DNA of 25,896 nt from an uncultured virus (IMG/VR IMGVR_UViG_2061766007_002077) (Duplodnaviria > Heunggongvirae > Uroviricota > Caudoviricetes). Shown piece by piece: positions 24,636-25,896 of the stretch; positions within the stretch are counted from its first letter, which is position 1; every line of letters starts with the position of its first letter. The DNA is taken from the IMG/VR virus record IMGVR_UViG_2061766007_002077. One strand, 5' to 3'. The translations under genes and the position numbers were made by a program. The notes below the pieces were generated by a model, which was given only the letters and a program-made list of their open reading frames with translations, ran no database searches and was not told where the DNA came from.

Positions 24636-24719
24636 GTCCAGGTGGTGGAACAGTAGACACGCTAGCTTGAGGTGCTAGTGACCGTAAAGGTTGTGCAAGT
24701 GCGATTCTTGTTCTGGACA
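24636..24719 (+). tRNA. tRNA-Leu(GAG)
   Basis: CTAGC-TT GAG GT-GCTAG; long variable arm. Confidence 0.9.
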
Positions 24720-24725
24720 TATCAT

Positions 24726-24799
24726 AGGATTATGGCGCAGTTGGTTAGCGTACTTGTCTGATACACAAGGGGTTCTTGGTTCAAATCCAGGTGAGCCTA
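24726..24799 (+). tRNA. tRNA with GAT anticodon (Ile by anticodon, Val-like body)
   Basis: CTTGT-CT GAT AC-ACAAG; acceptor 3' strand TGAGCCTA. Confidence 0.85.
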
Positions 24800-24814
24800 A
24801 AATGGAGAATTGAT

Positions 24815-25222
24815 ATGAATTTGCAGTACATCTATCAGAAACAGTATGAACTCAGAGACCTTATAAGAAAGTATATGTATGACCTTACCAATGCAGCACC
24901 TTCAAGGGAAAACTGGGTTCCAGGAGAGAACCTTGAAGATGAAAGTCTTTGTGTGATTGTATATACAAAGAGATACGGATTCTTGAAAAGAAAAAGATAC
25001 GAGCTTTACCTTGAGATATATGAGAACTTTGAAACTGGGTTCTACTTTGATGATGGAAAGGAACCTCCTGTGATTTCAGTCTTGAAACCCAGGGCCCTGT
25101 TTGAATATCTTGATTTGGTGAAGAACTTCTTTGTCAATGCCAAGGGGGATAGGTCTAATCTGAACTTTCCGAGGGAAACTCCTAAAGTTCCGGATTTGAG
25201 TTCTTTTGTCATAGAGAATTGA
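24815..25222 (+). CDS. Hypothetical protein
   Basis: GGAG SD, ATG 24815. Confidence 0.7.
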   Translation: MNLQYIYQKQYELRDLIRKYMYDLTNAAPSRENWVPGENLEDESLCVIVYTKRYGFLKRKRYELYLEIYENFETGFYFDDGKEPPVISVLKPRALFEYLDLVKNFFVNAKGDRSNLNFPRETPKVPDLSSFVIEN

Positions 25223-25266
25223 AGTCTATTTGCGCAAATTCCCTGAATTAGCTTATATTATATGTA

Positions 25267-25329
25267 TGGATACTAACAGCAACTTATTTAGGACTTGACT
25301 TTTAATCAAACACCCTTAAGAGTATCCAG
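25267..25329 (+). ncRNA. Small AACAGCAA-motif RNA displaying a Lys(TTT) anticodon arm (copy 2)
   Basis: TGGATACT/AGTATCCA stem, AACAGCAA, TTGA-CTTTTAA-TCAA. Confidence 0.6.
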
Positions 25330-25401
25330 TTAACTGGGTCTTNNNNNNNNNNNNNNNNNNNNNNNNNNNNNNNNNNNNNNNNNNNNNNNNNNNNNNNNNN
25401 N

Positions 25402-25433
25402 CGGTAAGATGGGTTCAACTCCCGTACCGTCTG
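25402..25433 (+). tRNA. 3' part of a tRNA (5' half and anticodon masked)
   Basis: ATGGG-TTCAACT-CCCGT T arm followed by ACCGTCT-G. Confidence 0.55.
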
Positions 25434-25665
25434 ATGATTTCCAGTAAAAGCCATGCAAGGCGACAGGCTGGAAAATGATTGGAGGGTTGCATACCTTATG
25501 AATCATAGGTGGGAAAGTGATTGTGGCACTTGGTGTACACCAAGGATGTTCCCAGCGTTCCCCATTCCNNNNNNNNNNNNNNNNNNNNNNNNNNNNNNNN
25601 NNNNNNNNNNNNNNNNNNNNNNNNNNNNNNNNNNNNNNNNNNNNNNNNNNNNNNNNNNNNNNNAT

Positions 25666-25896
25666 ATGATTGAAATAAATGAGCACCCTAAAATCAGCTT
25701 TATTGAAATGTTCAAAGGTATGCCCAAGACCTTCAAATACAATGTCACCAAGAAGTTCTGGGATTTATTTTTATCCGAGTTTACTCAAAGATGTATGGAT
25801 GAGCAGATACCTTATTTTGAGTGTCGGGTTCATCATTATGTAAATAATGATGATATGGAGCAGATATGTTTCTATGGATATCAGAGAATTATAAGT
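25666..25896 (+). CDS. Hypothetical protein (runs off window)
   Basis: Open frame MIEINEHPKISFIEMFKG... Confidence 0.5.
   Translation, partial: MIEINEHPKISFIEMFKGMPKTFKYNVTKKFWDLFLSEFTQRCMDEQIPYFECRVHHYVNNDDMEQICFYGYQRIIS

Overview
A 25.9-kb fragment of a large dsDNA bacteriophage genome, N-gapped and probably a metagenomic scaffold. Essentially all genes are on the + strand. The left half (1-14.4 kb) is a dense run of short accessory genes driven by repeated terminator + sigma70 promoter + SD modules. It includes a beta-class N6/N4 DNA methyltransferase, a CX5R phosphatase, a metallophosphoesterase, a DUF2828/TROVE-like vWA protein and an R-S-E ADP-ribosyltransferase. The right half (14.4-25.9 kb) is an RNA-gene island: 24 tRNAs with readable anticodons plus 2 partly masked ones, a PD-(D/E)XK homing-endonuclease-like gene, a T3-SAMase-like gene and many structured non-tRNA RNAs. 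The most notable signals are (i) a circularly permuted tRNA mimic with YrlA/Y-RNA topology fused behind tRNA-Asp, (ii) ~60-nt TGGAT..AACAGCA..ATCCAG RNAs, at least one displaying a tRNA anticodon arm, (iii) several other tRNA mimics and (iv) a large GNRA-rich ROOL/GOLLD-like RNA. All lie just downstream of the Ro60-like and ART genes. I infer a candidate phage Ro-like/Y-RNA/tRNA-mimic system. All calls come from manual reading; no searches were run.
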